Positions 20,913-31,795 are shown, counted from the first letter of the stretch. The stretch: DNA of 57,374 nucleotides from Nostocoides sp. (GCA_039812345.1 JBDIAJ010000001.1:1-57374), one strand, 5' to 3'. Made by a program: numbers and translations. The notes: generated from the letters alone by a model not told the origin.

Positions 20913-22636
20913 ATGGCGCGCTCCAGGGGAGCCCACGCCGCGCCGATGTCAGGGCGAAAGAGGACGTTCGGGTGGATCGCCGCGCTCGCCCTGGGTACCG
21001 GCGGGTTGCTCGCGTGGTCACCATGGAGTGGCGACGCGAGCACATCGAAGGCGACATCCAGCACGACGACAGCGCCGGTCACCGCGGTGTCGAGCACGGG
21101 GGATCCGCACGGGTGTCCCGAGCCGCTCGCGTTCTGGACCGGCCTGCCACAGGATCCGTATGCCGTGTCCCTCGACTCGGCGTTCGTCGCGTCACTCGGG
21201 AAGACCTGCCCGGCCGCGACCGTGGCCCGGGCGAGCGCGGCGAGCGCGACGTCCGCGGCGGTGATGTTGACCGTCCCCGATGCGCCGGTCACCGACGCCG
21301 TCGCGACGACGCCCGTCGTCCTCGCCATGCCCAAGGAGATGGCGACCGAGCTCGGCTGGCCGGGCCCGCTGATGCCCAACGTCGTCCAGGACCTCTTCAC
21401 CGACAAGCGGACGTGGAAGACGATGGGCCACCCCGAGTGGGGCGCGTTCCGGATCGCCGCCCCGGATCCGAACACGACCCTCGTCGGGTCGGTCGCCTTC
21501 GGGACCCTCACCGCGCTCGCCAACGGCGGAACGCCGGTGACCAAGGCGCCGAACTATTACCAGCCCAGCACGGCCGACATCGCCGTCGTGCACACCGAGC
21601 AGAAGATCACGACACTGACCGAGTCGGTCGACGAGGCGAACTCGCTGTTGGATGCGGCGACTCCTGACGAGTTCGCCCGGACCGCCTCGGCCGTCGTGAC
21701 GACGGAACGCGACGTCATCGCCCACAACGCGAGCAACCCCCAGGTTCAGTTCGTCGCCATCCCCCTGGGGGCCGGCGCCGCGACCGTCCCGGTGACCGTG
21801 GCGGCGACCTCGAGCGGCGGCGGGGCCGCGACCGCCTTCGCCGGGTATGCCCGCACCCCCGCGGGGACGATCGCCCTGCAGGCGGCGGGCTGGCGCAGCC
21901 CGACGGCGCGGCGCCGACCGTCGGGACCGACGCGATCGGGCAGACGCCGATCGCGCCCGCCACCTTCGACGCGGACACGATCAAGACCATTCGGTATGCG
22001 TGGACGACGATGCACACGCACGGCTCGACGATGGCGCTGATCGACCTGTCCGGGTCGATGAACCTCGACTTCCCCGGCTCGAACCTCTCCCGGCTCGGGC
22101 TGGTCAAGCAGTTGACCGCGCGGGCCTACACGCTCGCCTCGCCCAAGGCCGCCTCCACGGTGTGGTTCTTCCACACCGCCAAGGGGCGCGACGTCATCGA
22201 TTCGACGCTGCCGCTGGAGCTCAACGACACCCCGACCGGGGCCGGCCGCATCCACTCCGACGACGTGCTCGCCCAGGTCAAGGCCGCACAGGCGGGCGGC
22301 GGGACCCCGCTCTACCTCGCCGTCAAGCAGGCCTACGCGCACGCGTCGAGGAACTATCGCGCGGGCTACCTCAACCAGTTGCTCGTCCTGACGGACGGCA
22401 CCAATGAGGCGACGGCGAACTCGGTGACGATCGACCAGCTGCTCGCCTCGGTCAAGAAGCTCTACGACCCCAAGAAGCCGGTGACCATCAGTTACCTGTT
22501 GATCGACCCGCAGGGGCGGATCGGGCCGCTCAAGCGGGTCGCCGACGCGACGGGCGGGGTCAGTGTCGCGGTGCGCTCGATGGCCGATGTGCCCAAGGCG
22601 TACGCCCAGGCGTTGTTCGCCACCGGTTCGCCCTGA
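20913..22636 (+). pseudogene. Substrate-binding + von Willebrand A domain membrane protein, split by a 1-nt frameshift near 21900 (real or sequencing error)
   Basis: N-terminal TM and SBP-like region (VATTPVVLAMP, GHPEWG, PDP), then in another frame vWA motifs DLSGSM, GGTPLY, VLTDG; adding one C at 21899-21901 joins the frames. Confidence 0.75.
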
Positions 22637-22646
22637 CGCGCACGGC

Positions 22647-22691
22647 ACGACGCGGCGCCCCGGCCCCTCGAGGGTCGGGGCGCCGCGTCGT
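22647..22691. terminator. Bidirectional terminator-like hairpin between convergent genes
   Basis: ACGACGCGGCGCCCCGGCCC / GGGTCGGGGCGCCGCGTCGT 20-bp stem. Confidence 0.75.
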
Positions 22692-22711
22692 CGGGCGCGC
22701 CCGAGCGCGAG

Positions 22712-25700
22712 TCACCTCTGGAGGAACACCGCCACCGTCCGGGCCGGCACGCGCGCGGTTGCGGTGGACGCGGTCCACGAGGCGGTCTTGACCACCGGGT
22801 CGGAGCCACCGGCCTGGACCGGTGACAGCGTCAGCGTTGCGCCGGCGAGGCCGGGAACCGTCTGCGCGACGGCGTTCGGGGTCGCGTTGAACACGACGAC
22901 CAGGCCCCGGAGCGCCGGGTCGAGGTCGGCGCCCACGGTGTCGTCGATCCGCATGACGATCACCCCGGGGTGAGCCGCGGCCGTCCCGCTGACCGGGAAG
23001 CTGACCTTGGCGTTGATCGCCGCCGTCGACCCCAGCCGGAACAGCCGGGTCGAGTAGCGCAGCCGCAGCAGGTCCTGCGCCATCGCGCTCGCGGTGGCGA
23101 CCTCGGCCGCGGTCGGCTTCAGGTGGGCGTCGGCCAGCAGCGGCTTCATGTAGTCCCACTTCGACCCGTTGTCGCCCTCGAGCGGCAGGCCGTGGCCGAA
23201 GCCGTTGTCCGCGCCGGTCCAGTCGAGCCGGTTGAACCAGTCGCCGCTGTCGTAGCTGTTGCGATCGAGACTCTTGCTCCGCAACAGGTCGGTGCCGGCG
23301 TGCCAGAAGCTCGGGGTCTGAGCCAGCGCCGTCGTGGCGAGCGACAGGGTGTTCATCCGGATCCGGTCGGCCATCGACGTCGACACCGGCAGCTTGTAGG
23401 TCAGCGAGTCGAAGAGCGTCTCGTTGTCGTGGGCGTCGACATACGTGACGACCTCGTCCGGGTTGGCCGCATAGCCGGCCGGTGAGCCGTTGTAATCGAC
23501 GTGGTCGCCCCGGGTGAGGGCGCCGGAGGTGTTGAGCCGGAAGGTGAAGGTCTTCAGATTGCCGGCGAGGCCGAGTTGGACGAGGTCGGTGTCGTGCTTC
23601 AGGCCCGCCTCGGCTCCGGCGTTGATCGCCGCCCCGTTGGGGTCGGTGAACTCGCCGCTGCCGAAGCCCTGCCTGCGTGGGTCGTCGTCGAACGGCCCGC
23701 CGCCGCGAACCGCATCGCGGAGGCGATCGCTGAAGGTGCCGATGTGAGTCCCGCCGAGCTGGCCCTGGGTGGCCTGCGTGAACAGGGCGTTGTCGGCGAC
23801 CTCGCCGAAGTTCCAACCCTCGCCGTAGAGGTAGACCTTCGACCCATCGACCCCGCTGTTGGCGACGGTGAGCGCGTTCAGCGCCCGGCGGACCGCCAGC
23901 ATGTTGTCGCGGCTGTGGTGGCCCATGAGGTCGAAGCGGAACCCATCGACCTTGTAGTCGCGGGCGAGCGTGACCACGGCGTCGACCATGATCTTCTGAC
24001 CCATCGCGTGCTCGGTCGCGACGTTCTGGCAGCAGGTCGAGGTCTGGACCTTCCCGGTGGCGTCGAGCCGCTGGTAATAGTCCGGGACGACCTGGTCCAG
24101 GACGCTCGTCGACGCGAGCCCGGAGGTCGGGGTGTGGTTGAACACCTGGTCGAGGACGACCCGCAGACCGGCTCGGTGGAGGCCACCGATCATCGATCGG
24201 AACTCGGCGACCCGCCTGCCCCCGTCGGCGTTCGCCGGGGTCGAGGTGTAGGAGCCCTCCGGCGTCATCCAGTGCCACGGGTCGTAGCCCCAGTTGAAGC
24301 CGTCATGGGCGCGGATCGCGTCGATGCACGCCTGTTGCTGGTCGCTGTCGGGCGCATAGCTCGCGAGATCGCACGCGGGAGTCGCCTGCTTCGCCGGATC
24401 CTCCTCGATCGAGGCGATGTCGAAGGTCGGCAGCAGGTGGATGGTGTTGAGGCCGGCCGCCTGCAGCGCCTTCAGGTGGGTCATTCCGTTGCCGGTGCCG
24501 GTGAACGCGAGGTAGGACCCCCGTTGCTCGGCCGGGACGCTCGGGTCGGAGATCGAGAAGTCCCGGACGTGGAGTTCGTAGATGGACGAGTCGACGAAAC
24601 GGGGGAGCCTGGGCTGGGTCGCCGAGGTCCACAGGGTCGGCCGGAAGGCCGGATCCTTCAGGTTCACCGCGACGGATTTCGTGGAATCGAGGGTGAGTGC
24701 GACCGAGTAGGGGTCGGTGACCCGGACGGTCTCGATGGCGCCGGTCGAGCGGACGAAGACGCCGACCTCGAAGAGGTAGCGGGCATTCTTGGCGCCCGCC
24801 TTGACCGACCAGGATCCGTCGGCCGCCCGCGTCATCGCGGTCCGGGTCGCCGCCGACAGCGGCGCGTCGGCCGGCGAGGAGGCGGGCCACGTGAGCAGGG
24901 TGACCTTCTTCGCCGTCGGCGCCCACACGCGGTAGGTCGGCCCGCCGGTGCCGGCGAACACCGCGCCATACGAGCGGGTCGTGGCCCCGGCGGCATACAG
25001 GTCGTCGAGGACGTGGGCCGTCTGGACCCCGGTCGCGTCGAGCAGCGCGCCGGCGTTGTCATAGAGCGCCACGGCGACCTGCCCGCGCAGGATGGAGTTC
25101 GCCTTCTGCGCCGCGACGCTGTTGAGCCGCAGGGCGAGGTAGCCCTTCAGCTCGGGATGGGCGGCGACGACCGCGGCGGGGAGGCCGGCCGCGTCATACG
25201 TCAGCGGCAGGCTCTGGCTGCCCGGGAGGTCCTCGGCGTCGACGGTGATCCCCGCGTCGGGAGAGAAGTGGAGGCGCCACTTCAACAGCTTCGGGTTCGC
25301 CCCGTCGGGGATCGCGTCAGCGGGCCAGGCGAGCAGCGCCCGCTGCACCCAGAAGGCCTTGGCCGCCTTCAGATCGGGAGCGGCCCCCGAACTCGACGTG
25401 GTCACGGTGATCTGGTGGGTCGCCAGGACATAGGTGATCGTTACCACGACTCCGGCCCTGCTGACGGAGAACGGGACGTTGGGTCCGCCCGGCACCCCAC
25501 CCGCGCCGTAGTTCTCATCCCAGCTCAGGCCGTGGGCGACCTTGAACTCGTAGTTGCCCGGTGGCAGCTGATCGGTGACGTAGGTGTAGGTCCCGTCGCC
25601 GTCGGGATCCTGCAGCCACGGGCTCATGCATTGGGGCTGCCAGTCGGCCGGGCAGCCGAGTTCGGACTGCATCGATCCCGGTGCCGTGACGATCGGGCCC

Positions 25701-28534
25701 TGGGCGTCGGAGGTGATCCAGTGGGTCGAGTGGTCGTAGTAGAAGGTGATCGTCCCTCCGGTGAAGTGCAGCGGGATGTTGGGTCCGCCGCGGACGGCGC
25801 CGAGACCATAATTCTCGTCCCAGGACTTGTTGATCGCCGCCTTGTACTCGTAGTCGCCGGCGGGCAGCGTGAACGTCGCCTTCCAGATGCCGTCGTTCGG
25901 GTCGAGGGTCATCTGGTCGTAGGCGCAGTCGGGCTGCCAGTCGCCCGCATTGGACCCGGTGCACCCGAGCTCGGAGTCCAGGCTGCCGGGGACCGAGACG
26001 AAGTCGGGCTGGGTGACCGGGCCGATGGAGTTGACCGCGGTCACCGGGCTCCGGCCGCGCGCATCGCTGCGGGTGGCCGCGCCGGGCTTCGCGAGCCGGG
26101 CGGACGCGGCGCCGGTCACGGCATACGTCGACGTGGCGGAGTAGTTGCCGCTGCTGTCCTTGACGATGGCGCGGTACTCGAGCAGCGTCCCCGGTGCGAA
26201 GCCGGACACGTCGTGATAGACGGAATAGGGCTGCGCGTCGTCGGTGCCGATCCGCTGCCACGCCGTCGTGCCCACCGGCCGGTAGGCGAAGGTGGTCTGG
26301 GCGAAGGCGGACTGGGTGGTCGCCGCGGAGATCTGGGCGCGGCCGGTGACGACCCCGCCGGCGGACGGACTCGTGAGGTAGACGGGAGGAGCGGACGTCC
26401 GCGCCGGGATCCTGGCCGCGGCCTTGAACACCCGCACGGACAGGGCCGGGACGGTGACGCTGACCCGGGCGGACGCGTTCGAGGTGACCGCGGAGCCGCC
26501 GCCGAGGATCGGCGCGAACCGCATGGCCCGGGTCATCGTGTCGAAGTTCGCCGACTTGGCGCTCGTCGCGTTGTTGGCGACGACGAGGTACTCGATGTTC
26601 GTCGCGCGGTCGATGCGCGAGAAGGCATAGATGCCGGCGGATCCGCTGGCGTAGCGGTGGATCTGCGCGCCGTCGGCGAGGGCCGGGTTGGCGCGGCGCA
26701 GGGCCGCGAGCTGCTTGATCTGGCGATAGAGCGGAGACGTCGTCGAGTAGCGGTCCCGGGCGCCGGAGGGCCCGGTGAGGTTGGCCTCCGCGGCATACTG
26801 CGCGACCTGGGTGGCGAACATGTCCTCGCGGGCGTCCTTGTCGCCGCCGGAGCCGATGAAGCCCTGCTCGTCGCCGTAGTAGACGACCGGTTGGCCGCGG
26901 GTGAGGAACATCAGGGAGTTCGCCAGGCGCACCCGCGCGAGCAGGTCGCTCCCGGCGAAGCCCTTGCCGGCGAGCATCATCGCGACCCGGCCCATGTCGT
27001 GATTGCCGAGGAAGGTCGGGTTCTCATAGACGTTGGAGTCGGTGTCGGTGTAGTAGTCGTCGGTGGTGAAGAAGTCGCGCAGGGCGGTCGTCTCGCGGCC
27101 GCCGGCGAAGTCGACGGCATTGGACTGGAAGCCGAAGTCCAGGGTCGCCGGGAGCTTTCCGGTGGTGGAGTACTGGCTCATGAACTTGGCGGCGGCGTCG
27201 TAGACCTCGCCGAACATGAAGAACTTCGTCTTGCCGATGGCCGATGCGTGGGCGAGGACATCGGGGGCGAATCGCTCCCAGAACTGGATGTTGACGTGCT
27301 TGACGGTGTCGATGCGGAAGCCGTCGATGCCGAGATCGACCCACGCCTTGTAGATGGCGCCCATGCCGGCGACGACCTCGGGACGTTCGGTGAACAGGTC
27401 GTCGAGGCCGACGAAGTCGCCGTACTCGCTGTTCTCCCCGGAGAAGGAGGAGTCGCCGCGGTTGTGATACATCGTCGGGTCGTTGAGCCACGCCGGGACC
27501 TTGACGGTCTTGTCCGCCGCCGTGCGGAACGCCGGGGTGTAGGGGAAGGAGGTCGCGGCGTTCATGGCCGGGAAGGTGTCGCCGCCGGCATACGTCCGGT
27601 CGTCGAACGGGGTCCCGGAGGCGTCTTTGTAGGGGTAGTCGGCCTTGCTGCGGTAGGTGTAGGTGTGCTCGGTGTTGTCGAGGATGTCGGCGGTGTGGTT
27701 GGTGATGATGTCGAAGAAGACCTTCATCCCCTTGGCATGGGCGGCGGCGATGAGCTTCTTCATCTGGGCGTTGGTGCCGAGGTGGCTGTCGATCCGGGTG
27801 AAATCGGTGATCCAGTAGCCGTGATAGCCGGCGCTCGCGTCGCTGCCACTGCCCTGGACGGGACGGTTCTGGAAGCTCGGGGTCAGCCAGATCGCCGTCG
27901 TGCCGAGGCCCTTGATGTAGTCGAGCTTCTGGATCAGACCGGCCAGGTCGCCGCCGTGATAGAAGCCCTTGTCGGTGGGATCGAACCCGGTGGTCAGCGG
28001 GCCTCCCGTCAGGCCGCCGCGGTCGTTGGCGGGATCCCCGTTGGCGAAGCGGTCGGTCATGACGAAGTAGAACCGTTCCCGGGTCAGCGGGGCGCGCAGG
28101 GAGTTGCCGGCGATCGCCTTGTCGGCCGCGCTGACCCCTCCGGCGAGCGTGGGGGTGAGGCCGATCTTGTGGGAGGCGTCGTCATAGGAGACGGTGATCC
28201 GTGCCGGACCCTGGAGGACGAGCGGGAGGTTGCCTCCGCCGGGTCCGCCATAGCTCTCGCCCCAGGAGTGGTCGATGGCGATCTTGAGTTCCCAACTGCC
28301 TTCGGGGATCGAGAACGTCGTGGCGTATGCCGTGGTGTCGCCGACCTGGGTCAGGTCGGTCGCCGTGCACTCGGGTTGCCAGTCCCCGGGGCAGCCGAGT
28401 TCCGATTGGAGGCTGCCGACCAGGGTGGCCGTCCGGGCCGCGGCCGCAGCGGGCGCGATCTGGGGGAAGACCATCCCGGTGAACGCGACCAGGAATCCGG
28501 TCACTGCGGCGACGGCTGACCTGCGTGAACGCAT
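22712..28534 (-). CDS. Secreted bifunctional alpha-amylase/pullulanase (two GH13 domains, X25-type modules)
   Basis: Signal peptide; GFRIDTVKH/FGEVYD/FLGNHD; FNWGYDP/GFRFDLMGH/YGEGWNF/VDAHDN; three GS.(Q/D)SELGC...DWQP.C repeats; SD GAAGGAG. Confidence 0.93.
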   Translation of the reverse strand: MRSRRSAVAAVTGFLVAFTGMVFPQIAPAAAAARTATLVGSLQSELGCPGDWQPECTATDLTQVGDTTAYATTFSIPEGSWELKIAIDHSWGESYGGPGGGNLPLVLQGPARITVSYDDASHKIGLTPTLAGGVSAADKAIAGNSLRAPLTRERFYFVMTDRFANGDPANDRGGLTGGPLTTGFDPTDKGFYHGGDLAGLIQKLDYIKGLGTTAIWLTPSFQNRPVQGSGSDASAGYHGYWITDFTRIDSHLGTNAQMKKLIAAAHAKGMKVFFDIITNHTADILDNTEHTYTYRSKADYPYKDASGTPFDDRTYAGGDTFPAMNAATSFPYTPAFRTAADKTVKVPAWLNDPTMYHNRGDSSFSGENSEYGDFVGLDDLFTERPEVVAGMGAIYKAWVDLGIDGFRIDTVKHVNIQFWERFAPDVLAHASAIGKTKFFMFGEVYDAAAKFMSQYSTTGKLPATLDFGFQSNAVDFAGGRETTALRDFFTTDDYYTDTDSNVYENPTFLGNHDMGRVAMMLAGKGFAGSDLLARVRLANSLMFLTRGQPVVYYGDEQGFIGSGGDKDAREDMFATQVAQYAAEANLTGPSGARDRYSTTSPLYRQIKQLAALRRANPALADGAQIHRYASGSAGIYAFSRIDRATNIEYLVVANNATSAKSANFDTMTRAMRFAPILGGGSAVTSNASARVSVTVPALSVRVFKAAARIPARTSAPPVYLTSPSAGGVVTGRAQISAATTQSAFAQTTFAYRPVGTTAWQRIGTDDAQPYSVYHDVSGFAPGTLLEYRAIVKDSSGNYSATSTYAVTGAASARLAKPGAATRSDARGRSPVTAVNSIGPVTQPDFVSVPGSLDSELGCTGSNAGDWQPDCAYDQMTLDPNDGIWKATFTLPAGDYEYKAAINKSWDENYGLGAVRGGPNIPLHFTGGTITFYYDHSTHWITSDAQGPIVTAPGSMQSELGCPADWQPQCMSPWLQDPDGDGTYTYVTDQLPPGNYEFKVAHGLSWDENYGAGGVPGGPNVPFSVSRAGVVVTITYVLATHQITVTTSSSGAAPDLKAAKAFWVQRALLAWPADAIPDGANPKLLKWRLHFSPDAGITVDAEDLPGSQSLPLTYDAAGLPAAVVAAHPELKGYLALRLNSVAAQKANSILRGQVAVALYDNAGALLDATGVQTAHVLDDLYAAGATTRSYGAVFAGTGGPTYRVWAPTAKKVTLLTWPASSPADAPLSAATRTAMTRAADGSWSVKAGAKNARYLFEVGVFVRSTGAIETVRVTDPYSVALTLDSTKSVAVNLKDPAFRPTLWTSATQPRLPRFVDSSIYELHVRDFSISDPSVPAEQRGSYLAFTGTGNGMTHLKALQAAGLNTIHLLPTFDIASIEEDPAKQATPACDLASYAPDSDQQQACIDAIRAHDGFNWGYDPWHWMTPEGSYTSTPANADGGRRVAEFRSMIGGLHRAGLRVVLDQVFNHTPTSGLASTSVLDQVVPDYYQRLDATGKVQTSTCCQNVATEHAMGQKIMVDAVVTLARDYKVDGFRFDLMGHHSRDNMLAVRRALNALTVANSGVDGSKVYLYGEGWNFGEVADNALFTQATQGQLGGTHIGTFSDRLRDAVRGGGPFDDDPRRQGFGSGEFTDPNGAAINAGAEAGLKHDTDLVQLGLAGNLKTFTFRLNTSGALTRGDHVDYNGSPAGYAANPDEVVTYVDAHDNETLFDSLTYKLPVSTSMADRIRMNTLSLATTALAQTPSFWHAGTDLLRSKSLDRNSYDSGDWFNRLDWTGADNGFGHGLPLEGDNGSKWDYMKPLLADAHLKPTAAEVATASAMAQDLLRLRYSTRLFRLGSTAAINAKVSFPVSGTAAAHPGVIVMRIDDTVGADLDPALRGLVVVFNATPNAVAQTVPGLAGATLTLSPVQAGGSDPVVKTASWTASTATARVPARTVAVFLQR

Positions 28535-28697
28535 TGCGACTCCTTCGTCGAGTGTCGACCGTTGGACACCTTAGGGGGCGCCACCGACAACGGCAACCGG
28601 AGCGTCTCGTTGAACGTTCGTGCAGGTCGGCGGGGTGGGAGGTCCAGTCGGCGGATAACCGGTGGGGGCTGTCGGTGGCGCTGGTTAGCCTTCCCTC

Positions 28698-29894
28698 ATG
28701 GCCGACCATGCAGACCGACACCTCCACCGCGACACGCTCGCCGTGCGGGGCGGGCTCATGCGCAGCCAGTTCGAGGAGACGGCCGAGGGGCTGTTCCTGA
28801 CGTCGGGCTATGTCTATTCCTCGGCGGAGGAGGCCGAGCGCACCTTCACCGAGGAGATCGAGCGGTTCTCCTACTCCCGCTACGCGAACCCGACCGTGGC
28901 GATGTTCGAGGACCGGCTGCGCCTGCTCGAGGGGGCGGAAGCGGCCTACGCCACCGGGACGGGGATGGCGGCGGTCTTCGCCGCACTCGGCGGGTTGTGC
29001 GGCGCAGGGGACCGGATCGTGGCGAGCCGGGCGCTGTTCGGGACCTGCTACGCGATCTGTGCCCAGGTGTTGCCGCGCTGGGGCGTGGAGGCGGTGTTCG
29101 TCGACGGGACCGATCTCGACGCCTGGAGGGAAGCGCTGTCGGTGCCGACCACGGCCGTCTTCTTCGAGACGCCGAGCAATCCGACGATGCGGCTCGTCGA
29201 CATCGCCGCGGTCTCGGAGCTGGCCCACGCGGCGGGGGCGACCGTGGTCGTCGACAACGTGTTCGGGACGCCGGTGTTCTCCTCACCCCTGGCCCATGGG
29301 GCCGACGTCGTCGTCTATTCGGCGACCAAGCACATCGACGGACAGGGCCGCGTGCTCGGGGGTGCCGTCCTCGGCTCGAAGGCGTTCGTGACGACGGTCG
29401 CCCAGCCCGTCATCCGCAATCTCGGGCTCGTCATGTCGCCGTTCACGGCGTGGGTGCTCGTCAAGTCGCTCGAGACGCTCGACCTGCGGATGGAGCGCCA
29501 GGCGGCCAACACGCTGACCGTCGCCGAGTTCCTCGAGGGGCACCCGCGCGTGTCCCGAGTCTTCTATCCGTGGCTCGCCTCACACCCACAGGCGGACCTC
29601 GCCCGCCGCCAGATGACCGGTGGTGGGTCGGTGGTCACCTTCACGCTCGACGCCGACAAGGCCGGCACCTTCGGCGTGCTCGACACCTTCGACCTCATCG
29701 ACATCTCCAACAATCTCGGTGACTCGAAGTCCCTGGCGACCCATCCGGCGACGACGACCCACTCGCGGATCCCCGAGGAGGAGCGACTGGATCTGGGGAT
29801 CGAGCCGGGCACCATCCGCCTGAGCGTCGGGCTGGAGGATCCGCGGGATGTGATCGCCGACCTCGACGCGGCCATCGCGACGCTGGGCGGCTGA
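28698..29894 (+). CDS. metZ: O-succinylhomoserine sulfhydrylase (PLP trans-sulfuration family)
   Basis: RS.FEETAEGLFLTSGYVY, YSRYANPTV, YSATKHIDGQGR (PLP Lys), ISNNLGDSKSL.THPATTTH. Confidence 0.9.
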   Translation: MADHADRHLHRDTLAVRGGLMRSQFEETAEGLFLTSGYVYSSAEEAERTFTEEIERFSYSRYANPTVAMFEDRLRLLEGAEAAYATGTGMAAVFAALGGLCGAGDRIVASRALFGTCYAICAQVLPRWGVEAVFVDGTDLDAWREALSVPTTAVFFETPSNPTMRLVDIAAVSELAHAAGATVVVDNVFGTPVFSSPLAHGADVVVYSATKHIDGQGRVLGGAVLGSKAFVTTVAQPVIRNLGLVMSPFTAWVLVKSLETLDLRMERQAANTLTVAEFLEGHPRVSRVFYPWLASHPQADLARRQMTGGGSVVTFTLDADKAGTFGVLDTFDLIDISNNLGDSKSLATHPATTTHSRIPEEERLDLGIEPGTIRLSVGLEDPRDVIADLDAAIATLGG

Positions 29895-29949
29895 GGCCGC
29901 GGCTCGCGCGGCACGGGCGACGCCACCACGCCGATGGTAACGTCGTGGC

Positions 29950-30183
29950 ATGGAGACGACCATCGACAAGGCGGGGCGGATCGTCATACCGCGGGAACTG
30001 CGTGCCCAGGTGGGACTCGTCGCCGGTGAGGTGCGCGTGTCGGTGCAGGGTGCCGGGATCCTCATCGAGCCCATCCCGAGCGACATCCTCGTCGACGACG
30101 GTGGCTTCCTGGTCATCCCGTCCCGTGGAGGCAGCCTGACCGACGACGACGTGCGGGCGTTGCGCCTTGCCGACCAGCGCTGA
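29950..30183 (+). CDS. AbrB/MazE-type antitoxin (VapB)
   Basis: METTIDKAGRIVIPRELR swapped-hairpin motif; overlaps the downstream PIN gene. Confidence 0.88.
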   Translation: METTIDKAGRIVIPRELRAQVGLVAGEVRVSVQGAGILIEPIPSDILVDDGGFLVIPSRGGSLTDDDVRALRLADQR

Positions 30184-30592
30184 CCTCCTGCTCGACACCA
30201 GCGCCGCGATTCCGCTTCTGTTGCAGGATCATCGGACTCACGCGGGGGTGATGGCGCGGGTGCGGGGTCGGCGGCTGGGGCTGGCTGGTCACGCCAATCA
30301 CGAGACGTATTCGGTGCTGACCCGCCTGCCGCCCGTGTATCGCCTGTCCCCGCCCATGGCCCGGCGGACGCTGCGCGTCAACTTCCCGCACCCGGTCTTC
30401 CTCACCGAGACGGAGCAGGCTGAGGCGCTCGATCGCCTGGCGGCGGCCGGTGTGGCCGGCGGTGCGGTCTATGACGCCCTGGTGGGCCTGGCGGCGCTCG
30501 CCCACGGGCTCCCCCTGCTCACGGCGGACCGACGGGCCGCCGGCACGTATGCCCGGCTCGGGGTCGCCGTGGAGCCCGTGTCGGTCGAGTGA
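30167..30592 (+). CDS. PIN-domain toxin (VapC)
   Basis: LLLDTS, ETYSVLTRLP, GGAVYDALV, LLTADRRA..TY. Confidence 0.88.
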   Translation: MPTSADLLLDTSAAIPLLLQDHRTHAGVMARVRGRRLGLAGHANHETYSVLTRLPPVYRLSPPMARRTLRVNFPHPVFLTETEQAEALDRLAAAGVAGGAVYDALVGLAALAHGLPLLTADRRAAGTYARLGVAVEPVSVE

Positions 30593-30613
30593 CGCCACGG
30601 GTCCCGCGCGGCC

Positions 30614-31795
30614 TCAACCCAGCATGCCGCGGAAGTAGCCGGCGATGCCGGCGGGGTCGGCGAGTCGCGGGCCCACGGCATACGCCCGCAGGCCCGGCTG
30701 GTCGCGCGCCCAGGGGGCGACGACCGCGTCGGTGAGCGGCACGGAGACGACCTTCCCCTTCGCGTCCACGGTCGCGATGCCGTGCCCGTCGAAGTCGACG
30801 CGGTCCCACCGCTGCATCGGGCCGTCCGCCGGTCCCGGGCCGTAGTCCCGACCGAGGTAGATCTGCTGGAAGTCGTCCGCCTTCGTCGCCTTCGCCGGAC
30901 CCGCCGTGAGCGCCGCCGTCATCGCCAGGTCGTATGCCGCGACGCCGCTCCCGAGGGCGCTGCCGGACCACAACAGGGTCGGGCCCTGCGCGTTCTGCTG
31001 ATACAGGCAGATCGAGACCCGGCCGAGGGTGCCCTGACTGCCCGCCCGGAGGTACTGGTCGGCGGAGACGGCCGGCGGCGAGGCCGGACAGTTGTCGGCG
31101 TCGACCTCGGCGGGCTCGGCGGTGCCGAGGATCGCCGACCGCAGCGCCGGGTCGGCGGCGAAAACGGTGACCGTGACCCCGTTGACGGTGCGGGTCTCGC
31201 GGACCGTGCCGTCGGCATACGTCTGCGTGCCGTCCTTGACCGGGGCACCGATCCAGACCGCGTCCACGGTGGGGTGCACATCGGTGCCGGTCGAGCAGGC
31301 GTCGGTCATCATGACCGGCCGGCCGACGAACGGCGTTCCCGCAGGTGCCGATTCGTATGCCGATCCCCCCGGCACGACGAACGCCCGGGTCGCGCCGCAG
31401 TCCATCGCCTGTCCGTCGCCGAGCGGGTCGGTCGGGGCCCCACCCCAGCCCCAGTCGGCCGGGACTCGGACCTGGATGCCGCCGTAGGACTCGACCCGCC
31501 AGTCGGCTGTGTCGAGCCGGGTCGCCCCGGACGAGGGCGAGGTCGTCGGTGCCGAGCCTGTCACCCCGCCGGCAGGGGGGGTGGGCGTGGGCCTGCCATG
31601 CCCGAAACCCCAGACCCCGACGGGGATGGCGATGGCGGCGGCCGCCACCGCCGCGGGCAGGACCCAGCGCCGGCGCACCTGGCCGGTCCGGCGGGTGGGC
31701 ACGGTGGCGCCGAGATCGTGCGGGGCGTGCTCGGCGTGGTGGGCGAGGCCGGCGCGGACGATCCGCTCGAGGTCCTGGTCGTCGTGTTCCGTCAC
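30614..31795 (-). CDS. Single-pass membrane protein, putative anti-sigma/sensor of the adjacent ECF sigma
   Basis: Short cytoplasmic N-terminus, RRR followed by a TM helix, P/T-rich linker, extracellular domain with Cys pairs; GTGA coupling to the sigma gene. Confidence 0.7.
   Translation of the reverse strand: MTEHDDQDLERIVRAGLAHHAEHAPHDLGATVPTRRTGQVRRRWVLPAAVAAAAIAIPVGVWGFGHGRPTPTPPAGGVTGSAPTTSPSSGATRLDTADWRVESYGGIQVRVPADWGWGGAPTDPLGDGQAMDCGATRAFVVPGGSAYESAPAGTPFVGRPVMMTDACSTGTDVHPTVDAVWIGAPVKDGTQTYADGTVRETRTVNGVTVTVFAADPALRSAILGTAEPAEVDADNCPASPPAVSADQYLRAGSQGTLGRVSICLYQQNAQGPTLLWSGSALGSGVAAYDLAMTAALTAGPAKATKADDFQQIYLGRDYGPGPADGPMQRWDRVDFDGHGIATVDAKGKVVSVPLTDAVVAPWARDQPGLRAYAVGPRLADPAGIAGYFRGMLG

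Noticed and set aside
23501-28519. 1672-aa plus-strand ORF and similar long antisense or shifted ORFs (e.g. 46047-49631, 12168-14816, 757-3585)
   Set aside because: Shadow frames of real GC-rich genes: no family motifs, skewed composition, full overlap with confidently identified CDSs.
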